This document shows positions 47,912 to 58,298 of a stretch of 64,000 nucleotides of DNA, piece after piece. The notes beneath the pieces were generated by a model. It had not been told where the DNA came from. It searched no databases and was given only the letters and a program-made list of their open reading frames with translations. The position numbers and the translations under genes were made by a program. Within the stretch, counting starts at the first letter, position 1. Every line of letters starts with the position of its first letter. Source of the stretch: Candidatus Latescibacterota bacterium (lineage in GTDB: Bacteria; Latescibacterota; UBA2968; UBA8231); NCBI GenBank assembly GCA_965242865.1, contig CBDETK010000013.1:1376001-1440000 (forward strand), read 5' to 3'.

Positions 47912-50900
47912 TTATTTCAACAAGAGCATCTTGCGCACGTGGGCAACCGGCCCGGCCTGTAAGCGAGACAAGTACACGCCGCTGGCGACTCGCTCGCCGT
48001 GCTGGTCGCGGCCATCCCAATAGGCAGCGTTGGTGCTAGTCAGGTACTGACCGGCCGTGCGATAGCCCAAGTCGATTTCTCGGACCAGTGCCCCCCGGGC
48101 ATCGTAGATGATCAGGCGGACCGGAGCGGGCGCGTGTAGTTGAAAGGGCAGCCAAGTCTCTGGGTTGAAGGGATTGGGGTAATTGGCCAACAGCGCGGTC
48201 TGGGTCGTCAGCGCAGGTTGGGGGACGTCTAAGGCGATGCCCCGCACAAAGCGCAAATTTTCGAGGAGGATTTCGGCATTCGAGCCATTGAGGTCGGCCC
48301 GGTGAATGCCGTTCTCGTCCGTCCAGTACATCTTGCCCTCGGTTTCGTCCACGGCGAGGTCCCTCAGTGACTCCGGTCCGGTGAAGAGGTCTTCGCTGTT
48401 CGAGCCATCGAGGTTCGCCCGGCGAATGGTGCGGTCGAGGGAGCGGTCCCTTCCGTCCGTCCAGTAGATTTTGCCCCTAGTCAAGTCGAGGGCAAGGTGG
48501 GATGGCCCCGATAAGTCCGCGAGGATCTCTTCGACGTTGGTCCCGTTGAGGTCGGCCCGGTAGATTGAGCCGGTACTCTCTAGCCAATAGAGCTGGCCCC
48601 CGGCCGCATCAAGGGCGAGGCCCCTTATAGTCGCCAACCCCGCGAGGATCGTCTCGACGTTGTCCCCGTTGAGGTCGGCCCGCTGGATACTCCCGTTCCC
48701 GTCGTAGTTCCAGTTCGTCCAATATACTTTTTCGGCGACCGCGTCCAAGGCGATGCGATTTGATGGCTCACCAGTAAAGAGCGTTTCGACATTCGAGCCA
48801 TCGAGATTGGCCCGACGGATTTTGCCCCGCCTCTCCTCCAGTTCCCAGTCGGCCCAGTACATCTTTCCGCCGGTCGCGTCAATGGCGATATCTTCTATTG
48901 AATCTCGTCCAGGGGCGACGAGTTCTTCGAGGTTGGTTCCGTCGAGGTTGGCGCGGCGGATGGCTATTCCTTCCGCCCAGTACATCGTGCGACCAGCGAC
49001 ATCGAGGGCGATTGCCCATGGCTCTTGGACCCCTCCGCGGAGATATTCGCTATTGGCCCCGTTGAGGTCGGCCCGCCGGATGGCATTCCTCTCGTAAGCG
49101 TAGAACGTGCCGGACTCCGTCCAGTAGATTTTGCCGCCAGCTATGTCAAGGGCGATGCCGCTTGGATATACCAGATCGGCGAGGAGGATTTCGCTGTTGC
49201 TGCCGTCGAGATTGGCCCGGCGGACGGTATTTTCCTCAAAGTCGGTCCAGTACACCTGGTCGTTGATTAGGTCGAGGGCGACGCCGTAAGGCCACGGCAG
49301 ATCGGCGAGGAGGGTTTCGACGTTGCTGCCGTCGAGATTGGCGCGGCGAATTCGTCCGGTCGCCCCGGCCCCTTCGGTCCAGTACATCTTGCCCCGAGGC
49401 AGGTCTAGCGCGATTCCCCTAGAGGCCGTTGTCGCCACGAGGGTTTCGCGGTTGGTGCCGTCGAGGTTGGCGCGGCGAATTCTCCCCTTTCCGGGCTCCC
49501 ATTCGGTCCAGTACATCTGGCCCCCGCCAACATCAAGGGCGATGCCACTCGGAAGCCTCCATGTTGCAAGGACGAGATCCTCGCTGTTGGTGCCGTCGAG
49601 GTTGGCGCGGCGGATCTTGCCAACTCCCTCGGTCCAATCCCATTCCGTCCAGTACATCTTGTCTGCAACGACATCGAGGGCAATGTCGATGGGAATATCC
49701 ACCTTCCCCGAGAGGAGGATTTCGCTGTTGGTTCCGTTGAGGTCGGCCCGGCGAATGATGGCCTCTTCGGTCCAGTAGAGCTTGCCGCCGGTCGCGTCGA
49801 GGGCGAGTTCTACGGAACCGGGAGCGAAGAGGTAATCGTCTTCAAAGACATCGCGGAGGTTGGGGAAGAGCTCTTTGACTTGGGAACCATCGAGGTTGGC
49901 GCGCCAGATCGCGCTCGTGTACGTATCCTCATCCCATATCGTCCAGTACATCTTGCCCTCGGCCACGTTGAGAGCAAGGTCCCTGGCTCCTGTGGTGAGA
50001 AGGGTTTCTCGGTTGGTTCCGTTGAGGTCGGCCCGGTGGATACCGTATCCCGCCCAGTAGAGCTTGCCGCCAAGCCCATCGAGGGCCAGGGCGACCGCAG
50101 GAGAGACTTCGCCTTCGACCGCGGCGATGACGACTTCGACGTCCGTGCCGTCGAGGTTGGCGCGGCGGATATCTCCTTTCCCCGAATAATATCGTCCCTC
50201 TATCCAGTACATTTTACCGCCGGCCACGTCGAGGACAATGTCGCTCGGAGGCCGGTCTGGCGCGAGGAGGATTTCGACATTGGAGCCGTTGAGGTTGGCG
50301 CGGCGGATCTTGTCCCTTTCAGTCCAATACATCTTGTCCCCAGAGGGGTCCAACGCGAGACCTCCCGGTCTGACTATGCCGGCGAGCAGGACTTCGACAT
50401 TGGAGCCATTGAGGTTGGCGCGGCGGATGGTATCGGTATCTCGCTCCGTCCAGTATATCCGGCCCCCGGCTCGGTCCAAGGCAATATTTTCCGGTCCCGC
50501 TGCTTCCGTGAGCAGGATTTCGGCATTCGCGCCATCCAAATCGGCGCGCTGGATGGTGGCTGCCCAGCTCGTCCAATACATTCGGCCTCCGGCCGCATCG
50601 AGGGCGATGTTGATCGGATCCTCTACTTCCGCGAGGACTGCAACATCCGTGCCGTCGAGATTGGCGCACAGGATCCTGCCTGTCTCCGAGCCCCACTGGG
50701 TCCAGTAGATCTTGTCGCTCGCCCCGTTTAGGGCGATGTCGTTGGGATACTCCAGCCCGGTGACGAGGACCTCGACGTTGGTGCCGTCGAGATTGGCCCG
50801 CCGGATGATGTTCGGGTAGTATTCATCTCCGTCCGTCCAGTATATTTTTCCGTCGGTCGCGTCGAGGGCGATGTCGTTGGAATTCGCCAATTCATTGAGG

Positions 50901-51484
50901 AAGATTTCGCTGTTAGAACCGTCGAGATTGGCCCGCCGGATCGATCCGTTACCCAAGTCCCGGTCGTACTCGGTCCAGTATATTTTTCCGTTGGCCGCGT
51001 CGAGGGCAATGTCGTTGGGATTCTTCAGCCCGGTGACGAGGACCTCGACGTTGGTGCCGTCCAAGTTGATCCTGTTAATGGTGCCCGACGCTTCGTAGTC
51101 GTACTCTATCCAGTATATTTTTCCGTTGGTCTCGTCGAGGGCAATGTCGTTGGGGTTATTTGTTACAAAGAGGACTTCAGGGTTGGAGCCGTCGAGATTG
51201 GCCCGCTGGATTGATCCTTTACGCAATTCCCCTCCATACTCGGTCCAGTATATTTTTCCGTCGGCCCTGTCGAGGGCAATGTCGTATGGAGCCCTCAATC
51301 TGGCCCGGACGAGGTCTTCGACGTTGGAGCCATTCAGGTTGGCGCGGTGAATGCTCTCCCGCTCCGTCCAGTATATTTTTCCCTCCTCAACGGGCGGCTC
51401 AAGCCTCATGCCTTGGACGCTGGTGGCCAACCACCCCGCTGCGAATACGGACGCAATGACGCGACCAATTTGGGGACTCATCAT
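47912..51484 (-). CDS. YWTD (LDL-receptor class B) repeat protein with C-terminal T9SS-type-A/FlgD-like domain
   Basis: Signal peptide; more than 20 IALD....KxYWT....IRRANLDGxN repeats; same C-terminal domain as the WD40 gene. Confidence 0.92.
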   Translation of the reverse strand: MMSPQIGRVIASVFAAGWLATSVQGMRLEPPVEEGKIYWTERESIHRANLNGSNVEDLVRARLRAPYDIALDRADGKIYWTEYGGELRKGSIQRANLDGSNPEVLFVTNNPNDIALDETNGKIYWIEYDYEASGTINRINLDGTNVEVLVTGLKNPNDIALDAANGKIYWTEYDRDLGNGSIRRANLDGSNSEIFLNELANSNDIALDATDGKIYWTDGDEYYPNIIRRANLDGTNVEVLVTGLEYPNDIALNGASDKIYWTQWGSETGRILCANLDGTDVAVLAEVEDPINIALDAAGGRMYWTSWAATIQRADLDGANAEILLTEAAGPENIALDRAGGRIYWTERDTDTIRRANLNGSNVEVLLAGIVRPGGLALDPSGDKMYWTERDKIRRANLNGSNVEILLAPDRPPSDIVLDVAGGKMYWIEGRYYSGKGDIRRANLDGTDVEVVIAAVEGEVSPAVALALDGLGGKLYWAGYGIHRADLNGTNRETLLTTGARDLALNVAEGKMYWTIWDEDTYTSAIWRANLDGSQVKELFPNLRDVFEDDYLFAPGSVELALDATGGKLYWTEEAIIRRADLNGTNSEILLSGKVDIPIDIALDVVADKMYWTEWDWTEGVGKIRRANLDGTNSEDLVLATWRLPSGIALDVGGGQMYWTEWEPGKGRIRRANLDGTNRETLVATTASRGIALDLPRGKMYWTEGAGATGRIRRANLDGSNVETLLADLPWPYGVALDLINDQVYWTDFEENTVRRANLDGSNSEILLADLVYPSGIALDIAGGKIYWTESGTFYAYERNAIRRADLNGANSEYLRGGVQEPWAIALDVAGRTMYWAEGIAIRRANLDGTNLEELVAPGRDSIEDIAIDATGGKMYWADWELEERRGKIRRANLDGSNVETLFTGEPSNRIALDAVAEKVYWTNWNYDGNGSIQRADLNGDNVETILAGLATIRGLALDAAGGQLYWLESTGSIYRADLNGTNVEEILADLSGPSHLALDLTRGKIYWTDGRDRSLDRTIRRANLDGSNSEDLFTGPESLRDLAVDETEGKMYWTDENGIHRADLNGSNAEILLENLRFVRGIALDVPQPALTTQTALLANYPNPFNPETWLPFQLHAPAPVRLIIYDARGALVREIDLGYRTAGQYLTSTNAAYWDGRDQHGERVASGVYLSRLQAGPVAHVRKMLLLK

Positions 51485-51616
51485 CGGATAACTCCTATCA
51501 TTAAGGGGGTTTTGACGATCCGCCCACTTAGCCGCCCATCTGCGCGATCCTGCGCGCCATAGTCGATTAGTGCAGGATATCGGAGCATGGTCTCTCTTGT
51601 TTTCTCGGCCGCTTAT

Positions 51617-52198
51617 TCATCTAACGATGCGGCGGAAGGTCAGGTTGAGGCGCGGGGCGCACGGGCGTCGAGTCTTGGGGACTTGGTGCTGCCAATGGGT
51701 TTGGGTGGGGCCGCGCATGATGAGGAGCGCACCGCGTCCGAGGGGGATTTCGACCGGGGGGTGGTCGCGGTGCTTGTGCCGCATCAGGAAACGCCGCGTC
51801 TCGCCCAAGCTCAGCGAGGCGATCGTCGGGTCGGCACCCAGCTCGGGCTCGTCGTCGCTGTGCCAGCCCATGCTGTCGCGGCCGTCGCGGTACTGGTTGA
51901 GCAAGACGCTGTTGAAGGGGCTGTCGGCCGCGGCTTCGACCCGCGTCTTGAGTGCCCGCAGCGGCGCGGTCCACGGGCGCGGCTCCAGCGCCAGCCCCGA
52001 ATAGGCGTAGCGCGCCTCTGCGGACCCATGCCACGCCGAAAGCCGCGGCGCGGGAAGCCGGCGGCCAAAGACGACGACATGGTGCTGCTGCCACTCAATG
52101 CCGTCCAACAGGTGCCGCATGAATTGGTCGGCCTCGGCTGGGGCCAAAAAGCCGGAGGCGTAGCGCAGGTCGCCGTCAGGGAGGGGAATGGCCTTCAT
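51617..52198 (-). CDS. alkB: AlkB-family (ALKBH2/3-like) 2OG-Fe(II) dioxygenase
   Basis: PRLSAW, YAYSG, FNSVLLNQYRDGRDSMGWHSDDE, WQHQVPK, RLNLTFR. Confidence 0.92.
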   Translation of the reverse strand: MKAIPLPDGDLRYASGFLAPAEADQFMRHLLDGIEWQQHHVVVFGRRLPAPRLSAWHGSAEARYAYSGLALEPRPWTAPLRALKTRVEAAADSPFNSVLLNQYRDGRDSMGWHSDDEPELGADPTIASLSLGETRRFLMRHKHRDHPPVEIPLGRGALLIMRGPTQTHWQHQVPKTRRPCAPRLNLTFRRIVR

Positions 52199-52241
52199 GC
52201 CACTGCGCGGTTGTCGCCATAGCGTTTGATCCTTCGGTGCG

Positions 52242-52565
52242 CTATCGCCAAGCGGTTGACAATTGGTCCGCAATCCACTGGTTCAGGCTCTTGCCTTCTC
52301 GCTGTGCCCGCACGTAAATCTCGCGGTGCAACGCCGGCGGCAGACGAAGCATTAAGCGGCCAGAAAAGGGTTTATCCGGTGCTTCGCCTCGCGCTTGGCA
52401 GAAGGCCAAGTATTCCTCTACTGATTCGCGAAAGGCCCGCTCTAGTTCCTCAACGGTTCGCCCTTGAAACGTGACGACGTCTTTGAGGTCGAGCACCTCG
52501 CCGTGAAAGAGGCCAGCTTCGTCGTCGAACTCAACGCGGCCCGTATAACCTTTATGATTTAACAC
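52242..52565 (-). CDS. hicB: HicB antitoxin
   Basis: KGYTGRVEFD...VTFQG..VEEL..AF..SV..YL..C, KPFSG...LR....LH, SLNQW. Confidence 0.92.
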   Translation of the reverse strand: MLNHKGYTGRVEFDDEAGLFHGEVLDLKDVVTFQGRTVEELERAFRESVEEYLAFCQARGEAPDKPFSGRLMLRLPPALHREIYVRAQREGKSLNQWIADQLSTAWR

Positions 52566-52571
52566 GCATTC

Positions 52572-52838
52572 CTATCCTTTCGGAGTCGCCCCCGCTCGTT
52601 GTAAAAAGCGTCGCATAGACTTCAACGCTCCTTTGTCCGTATCTGGCTGTGGATGGGGGCGGTGAAAAACAGCCCGCACCCCGTTGAGGTGTATGCGGAC
52701 GCGAGACCCGTGTCCTTCCGTCAATTCTGCCCCAAGTGCCCGCAATAAATGCTCAATGTCCACCCACTTCACGTTGGCGCGAATGGGATCTGCAAAGACT
52801 GCTTGGAGCGTTTGGCGGTGTTTGCCGCTGAGGCGCAT
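52572..52838 (-). CDS. hicA: HicA mRNA interferase toxin
   Basis: W.DIE.LL.ALGA...EG.GSRVR, FHRPHP. Confidence 0.92.
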   Translation of the reverse strand: MRLSGKHRQTLQAVFADPIRANVKWVDIEHLLRALGAELTEGHGSRVRIHLNGVRAVFHRPHPQPDTDKGALKSMRRFLQRAGATPKG

Positions 52839-52844
52839 AGTGTC

Positions 52845-52872
52845 AATGTACGATACTGTTGTGAGAGGTCAA
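52845..52872 (-). promoter_or_regulatory. Putative hicAB promoter giving a leaderless transcript
   Basis: TTGACC-N16-TACATT ends 6 nt before the hicA ATG; no SD. Confidence 0.55.
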
Positions 52873-52949
52873 GGATACAACTTAGACGCGATTCAGGTTT
52901 CGTTGACAAGGCCGCCAGTACCGCTCGCCCGCACCGATAGGTCTTCGCG

Positions 52950-55301
52950 TTAGTAGGCCACGGCGATGGTGCGGAGCGCGGTGTCGTGGCCGGCATCGGC
53001 CCCCAGATTGACGCGCAGGACGTACAGGCCGGGGGCGGTGCGCGCTCCGCTGGCGGCGCGGCCGTCCCAAGTGAAGAGGCGTTGCGAGCCGCCGGTGCTT
53101 GGGGCGAGGATGGCTACTCGACGCCCGGCGAGGTCGAAGACTTCCACGTGCGGCTCGCGGCCCTCGACTTTGAAGGCGACGAATCGCACCTCGAGCCGGT
53201 CGTTGATGCCGTCGCCGTTGGGGGTTATGGTCGCAGAAGCGAGTTGCAGATCGCTGATGAGCTGGCCGCTGCTGGTCAGCTCGGGCAGCATGACGATGTT
53301 GGAGCGGCGCTCGGCCGCCTCGACCGACTGCCACAGGCCCGGGGCCTCGCTCAAGCCTAGGTCGAGGGCAAAGACGGTGGCGTTTTGCAGCAGGCGGGTG
53401 GTAAAGCTCACTTGCAGGGAGTCGCCAGCGACCGCCTGCGGCAACGCGATGAGCAGGGAGTCGGCCTGCATGTCCAAGGCGGTCGGCACGACCTCTTCCG
53501 CGCCGACCCGTACCGAGACGCTCCCTAGGTCAACAGGTTCGGGGATGGTGAAGCGCAGGCGGTCAAAGCCCCGGTCGAGTTCGTCGGTCTCGGGCCAGAG
53601 GGTATAGGTGAAGCGCGTGTCTTGGTTGGGGCGGGCCTCGCGGGGGGCGACGCGACCGCGTGCGCCTTGGACTAGGGCGTCCTCAAACTCGACCGAGACC
53701 GAGTTGACGGTCGGGGCGATAGCGGGATCGTCCGTGGAGAGGATCATCTCCAGCACGATGAAGCGGCGCGGGCTGGCCGACTTGAAGGGCTCGCCCGAGA
53801 ACTGGTAGATGTTGCTAAACGCGCTCCAGTCCTCGCCCGTGACCAAGGTCGAGTCAACAGGCCCTCTAATCACTTTGGGCAAGCTCTTCCACTTCTCCTC
53901 GGTGACCATGTCGCCCTTCTTGTCGTAAAAGGTGTACTCCGCGCCGAGCGCGTTGCCCGAGCGGGAGCGGAATTGCAACCGAGTGCCCGGCGGCAGGTCC
54001 GCGTCCCAGTGCAGGGCCTTGATGACTTTGGGCCGCCCATCGCCGGCTTCCTCTCCGAGGTTGATAAAGCCGGACTGCAACTCGACTTGCGCTGGATACC
54101 CTGGGGAGAACAGTTGCATCTCGCCCCACTTGACGATGCCCCACCCCCTACAACTCACCCCGTGCCAGAACAAGTAGCGGGCCTTGCGCGGCTCAAACAG
54201 GTAGCGCATGTAAAGCAGGTTGTCGGCGTTGGGGGCTAGATGGGTGAAGACCTCTTCGTAATCAACGTTTTCGGGCACTTCGACGAGGGGGGCTGTGCCC
54301 GTGGCCGGGGTGCCGTCGGAAAAGAGGAGGGTGTGCCCCGGCCCCGTGCCAGATATGGTAAACCCCAAGGTGCCTTCGTCTGGCTGCATGGAGTAGATGA
54401 ACATCTCGTCGATAAAGAACGTCGCGCCCAAGTCCGCGCGGAACCACGTGCCGCCTTCGGCCCATTCCGACAGCGCGCCGCGGCAGCCGGTGACGGTGTT
54501 GTTGGTGTTGAGGTTGGCGTCAAAGAGGTTGAGGGTGGAGCCGGTGCCATCGCCTTCGACGAAATTGCCGCGTTGGCTGGTGCCGATGGCGATGTTGTCG
54601 CCGACGCCGATGACCTCGATCTCGGCGAGGGCCGCGTCGGGGTTTTGCTCCTCGGCAATGATTTGGATGTACTGGATCAACTGGTAGTGGTTGCGCTCGG
54701 CGGGCGTTAAATCCAAGGCGGGGTTGGTCACCAGCGCGGTGTCGCGGCCGGCGTAGCGCAGCGGGATGACGATTTCGGCGTCGGCGTTGGGGCGCGTGGT
54801 GCGGAAGACCGGGCGGTAGAGGAAGAGATCGTCCGTGGCCGAGATGCGCACGCCCGAGGTGGTGAAGACGCGGAATTGGCGGAATGGGCGCGCGCCTTCT
54901 TGGTCGGGGAATTTCAGGCGAATCGCGCGGGCTAGAGCCGCACGGCCCAAGTCGATGGTGATAAACCAGTCCTCGCGGGCGTCGTCCGGGCTGGGTTGCC
55001 AATAGGTCGTTGGGTCGCCGTCGATGGCCAGCGGCGCGTCGGCTGCATTGGAACCGGCTTGCCAGAGGCCGCCGGCGACCGCAGTGCCTCGGGTGCGGGT
55101 TTCGTGGACGAAGCGGTGCGCGTCCTCCACGAGGTTGATGTCCCGGCGGAATTTGACGAGCGTGAGCTGGCCCTGCTCGCCGACTTGGACCAAGCCAAAG
55201 GGTTGTTGCCAGCGGCCCCATTCTTCGGCGCTGTCGAAAGCGAGCTCGTCAGCCGCGAGTGAGGCGGTCAGTACGAGACCGGCGATTATGGCGCGTCGCA
55301 T
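52950..55301 (-). CDS. Secreted protein with discoidin-like region and FlgD-Ig/CHU_C-like tail (D)
   Basis: AAGGAGG before ATG 55301; AIDGDPTTYW...WFITIDLG; TPNGDGIND...WDG...PGLY...TIAVAY. Confidence 0.82.
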   Translation of the reverse strand: MRRAIIAGLVLTASLAADELAFDSAEEWGRWQQPFGLVQVGEQGQLTLVKFRRDINLVEDAHRFVHETRTRGTAVAGGLWQAGSNAADAPLAIDGDPTTYWQPSPDDAREDWFITIDLGRAALARAIRLKFPDQEGARPFRQFRVFTTSGVRISATDDLFLYRPVFRTTRPNADAEIVIPLRYAGRDTALVTNPALDLTPAERNHYQLIQYIQIIAEEQNPDAALAEIEVIGVGDNIAIGTSQRGNFVEGDGTGSTLNLFDANLNTNNTVTGCRGALSEWAEGGTWFRADLGATFFIDEMFIYSMQPDEGTLGFTISGTGPGHTLLFSDGTPATGTAPLVEVPENVDYEEVFTHLAPNADNLLYMRYLFEPRKARYLFWHGVSCRGWGIVKWGEMQLFSPGYPAQVELQSGFINLGEEAGDGRPKVIKALHWDADLPPGTRLQFRSRSGNALGAEYTFYDKKGDMVTEEKWKSLPKVIRGPVDSTLVTGEDWSAFSNIYQFSGEPFKSASPRRFIVLEMILSTDDPAIAPTVNSVSVEFEDALVQGARGRVAPREARPNQDTRFTYTLWPETDELDRGFDRLRFTIPEPVDLGSVSVRVGAEEVVPTALDMQADSLLIALPQAVAGDSLQVSFTTRLLQNATVFALDLGLSEAPGLWQSVEAAERRSNIVMLPELTSSGQLISDLQLASATITPNGDGINDRLEVRFVAFKVEGREPHVEVFDLAGRRVAILAPSTGGSQRLFTWDGRAASGARTAPGLYVLRVNLGADAGHDTALRTIAVAY

Positions 55302-55335
55302 TGGGCCCCTCCTTAGCAGGCGATGGTACGCGGCC

Positions 55336-56805
55336 TTAATGTATGCCATATCGACTCGCTCCTTGATTGCGGATGTAGGAAAGTCCTTTCATTCTGAATA
55401 TGGCGGCTTTCTGCTGTCGCTCTTCGGAAAATTGCTCCAAGTTCGACACACCGTGCAGGGAATGGAAGACGTTCAGCACCGCGCCATCGGCCAGGCGCAC
55501 CTCAACGGCCACGCCCTCCTGGGTGAATGCGACCAGTGCCCGGCGGCGGTCGGGCGAGATGTCGAGGGCGCCTTGGTAGGCGGAGAACAGGTTCCGCAGA
55601 GATTCGGGGGTCCGGTCGTTGGGAAAGATAGTCGTCTCTCGCCGGCTGTCGGCGAGGTCGAGCATCAGCAGCCGCGAGGGCCCGTGGACGCCATCGCCGC
55701 CGTAATTGTCGAACATCAGGAAGGTTGAGCCCGTCAGGTGCTGGACGCTGTGTTGATAGAAGAAGCTGCCCCGGACCAGCCGCTTGACGCGACCCGATGC
55801 GCCATCGAGGATGGCAAACGCGCTTAGGTTGCGCAGGGACGCCACGAGGTCGCCCGGCGCGAGGCCCCACGCACCGCCAGCGTCGTCCCCAAGCCGGTGA
55901 ATGAAGTTGAGGTGTAGAGGATCGCACGGTGCGGCAAGCCGGCTGGGCGCCGAGGCGGATAGCATGAGGTGGGCGAATGGCGAATCGCGCAAGGCGTCGA
56001 TCAGGTTGATGCGCTTTAGGAGCTGTCCATGCCCGTCGATCCTGCTTATCGCGTCGAGATACGGCCGGCCCGTGCCGCATGGGAGCGCGATGGTCTCGCC
56101 GGCTCGCTCAAAGGATATGGACCGACGGCCAACCAACGCGCCGGGCACCAGCGCGACGCCGTCGTTGCCGATATGAGGCCAGTGATGGCTGTAATCGCGC
56201 CGGAACCACACCGGATGCCCGGCGCGGTCGACCCGCGCCACCCCCGCCCCAGCGGGGAAAGCCGTGGATTGGTGAAAAACTACCAGCAGGTCGCCATTCG
56301 CGTATCGCGCTAGGGCGTCCGCCTTAACATCCCTGGCGAACGAGGAGGCAGGGGATACCTCATACGGGAACTCGCCGGAGTAGGCCGCGTCGGCGGCCTG
56401 TTCTAGTGCAGTGCTGCGAAGCGGGTAGGCATGGGTGACTTCGCCAGTGGCCGTGTACTCGACCGCTAAGCACCCCTCGTCGGGGCAGTAGTCGAGGAAC
56501 TGATAGCGTCCACCCTGCCACAGAATCGGACCGCTAAGAGAATCGCCTTGCACGAATTGGAAGCGGTTGGCGGCCGTGCTGTCCAGCGGCACCTCGGTGA
56601 AGTCCAAGAATTCGCCGTTGTTAGAGCTCGTATGTATCGTGTGCAGCGTCTGCAAGGTCTTTACGCTGTCGGAGAGGAGCGGGAAGGGGAATAGCTCATA
56701 GACGACCACCAAGCCGCCGCAGGCCAATAACGCCAGCGCAATGGCGAGCACCAGCAGAAGTCGAGACAGGTGATCCCATATCTTCCCGCCGCTTTCGTCG
56801 CTCAT
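55336..56805 (-). CDS. Arylsulfotransferase (ASST)-family protein, copy 1
   Basis: N-terminal TM; SHH, DPLHLN, ASLRN, QH, FDN motifs. Confidence 0.8.
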   Translation of the reverse strand: MSDESGGKIWDHLSRLLLVLAIALALLACGGLVVVYELFPFPLLSDSVKTLQTLHTIHTSSNNGEFLDFTEVPLDSTAANRFQFVQGDSLSGPILWQGGRYQFLDYCPDEGCLAVEYTATGEVTHAYPLRSTALEQAADAAYSGEFPYEVSPASSFARDVKADALARYANGDLLVVFHQSTAFPAGAGVARVDRAGHPVWFRRDYSHHWPHIGNDGVALVPGALVGRRSISFERAGETIALPCGTGRPYLDAISRIDGHGQLLKRINLIDALRDSPFAHLMLSASAPSRLAAPCDPLHLNFIHRLGDDAGGAWGLAPGDLVASLRNLSAFAILDGASGRVKRLVRGSFFYQHSVQHLTGSTFLMFDNYGGDGVHGPSRLLMLDLADSRRETTIFPNDRTPESLRNLFSAYQGALDISPDRRRALVAFTQEGVAVEVRLADGAVLNVFHSLHGVSNLEQFSEERQQKAAIFRMKGLSYIRNQGASRYGIH

Positions 56806-58298
56806 GGACTCGCTCCTCTTTGATTGTGGATGTAGAAAAGTCCTCCTTTCATTACGAATATGGCGGCTTTCTGCTGTCGCTCTTCGGAAAATTGCTCCAA
56901 GTTCGACACATTGTGCAGGGACTTGAAGACGTTCAGCACCGCGCCATCGGCCAGGCGCACCTCAACGGCCACGCCTTCCCCAGTGAATGTGACCAGCACC
57001 CGGCGGCGGTCGGGCGAGATGTCGAGGGCGCCTTGGTAGGCGGAGAACAGGTTCCGCAGAGATTCGGGGGTCCGGTCGTTGGGAAAGATAGTCGTCTCTC
57101 GCCGGCTGTCGGCGAGGTCGAGCATCAGCAGCCGCGAGGGCCCGTGGACGCCATCGCCGCCGTAATTGTCGAACATCAGGAAGGTTGAGCCCGTCAGGTG
57201 CTGGACGCTGTGTTGATAGAAGAAGCTGCCCCGGACCAGCCGCTTGATGCGACCCGATGCGCCATCGAGGATGGCAAACGCACTGATATGGCGCAGGGAC
57301 GCCACGAGGTCGCCCGGCGCGAGGCCCCACGCACCGCCAGCGTCGTCCCCAAGCCGGTGAATGAAGTTAAGGTGCAGGGGATCGCACGGTGCGCTAAAGC
57401 CGAGGTCAAAGGGATCGCACTGTACGGCAGCCTCTGCGGGCCTCGAGGCGGATAGCATGATGTGGGCGAATGGCGAATCGCGCAAGGCGTCGATCAGGTT
57501 GATGCGCTTTAGGAGCTGTCCATGCTCGTCGATCATGCTTATCGCGTCGAGATACGGCCGGCCCGTGCCGCACTCGAGCGTGATGGTCTTGCCGGCTCGC
57601 TCAAAGGATATGGACCGACGGCCAACCAACGCGCCGGGCACCAGCGCGACGCCGTCGTTGTCGATATAAGGCCAGTGGTGGCTGTAATCGCGCCGGAACC
57701 ACACCGGATGCCCGGCGCGGTCGACCCGCGCCACCCCCGCCCTAGCGGGGAAAGCCGCGGATTGGCGAAAAACTACCAGCAGGTCGCCATTCGCGTATCG
57801 CGATAGGGCGTCCACCTTAATACCTCTGGCGAACGAGGAGGCAGGAGATACCTCATACGGGAACTCGCCGGAGTAGGCCGCATCGGCGGCCTGTTCTAGT
57901 GCGGCGCTGCGAAGCGGGTAGGCATGGGCGACTTCGCCGGTGGCCGCGTACTCGACCGCTAAGCACCCCTCGTCGGGGCAATACTCGAGGAACTGATAGC
58001 GTCCACCCTGCCACAGAATCGGACCGCTAAGAGAATCGCCTTGCACGAATTGGAAGCGGTTGGCGGCCGTGCTGTCCAGCGGCACCTCGGTGAAGTCCAA
58101 GAATTCGCCGTTGTTAGAGCTCGTATGTATCGTGTGCAGCGTCTGCAAGGTCTTTACGCTGTCGACGATGATCCGGGAGGGAAATAGCTTATAGAAGACC
58201 ACCAAGCTGCCATAGACGAATGACGCCAGCGCAATGGCAAGCACCAGCAGAAGTCGGGACAGGTGATCCCATATCTTCCCGTCGCTTTCGTCGCTCAT
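56802..58298 (-). CDS. Arylsulfotransferase (ASST)-family protein, copy 2
   Basis: Near-identical tandem paralogue of 55336..56805; ATGA coupling. Confidence 0.8.
   Translation of the reverse strand: MSDESDGKIWDHLSRLLLVLAIALASFVYGSLVVFYKLFPSRIIVDSVKTLQTLHTIHTSSNNGEFLDFTEVPLDSTAANRFQFVQGDSLSGPILWQGGRYQFLEYCPDEGCLAVEYAATGEVAHAYPLRSAALEQAADAAYSGEFPYEVSPASSFARGIKVDALSRYANGDLLVVFRQSAAFPARAGVARVDRAGHPVWFRRDYSHHWPYIDNDGVALVPGALVGRRSISFERAGKTITLECGTGRPYLDAISMIDEHGQLLKRINLIDALRDSPFAHIMLSASRPAEAAVQCDPFDLGFSAPCDPLHLNFIHRLGDDAGGAWGLAPGDLVASLRHISAFAILDGASGRIKRLVRGSFFYQHSVQHLTGSTFLMFDNYGGDGVHGPSRLLMLDLADSRRETTIFPNDRTPESLRNLFSAYQGALDISPDRRRVLVTFTGEGVAVEVRLADGAVLNVFKSLHNVSNLEQFSEERQQKAAIFVMKGGLFYIHNQRGASP

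Noticed and set aside
44466-48202. Diversity-generating retroelement TR/VR pair in the duplicated C-terminal tails (also considered for the ASST pair)
   Set aside because: No reverse transcriptase in the window; differences are not adenine-specific; both copies are coding.
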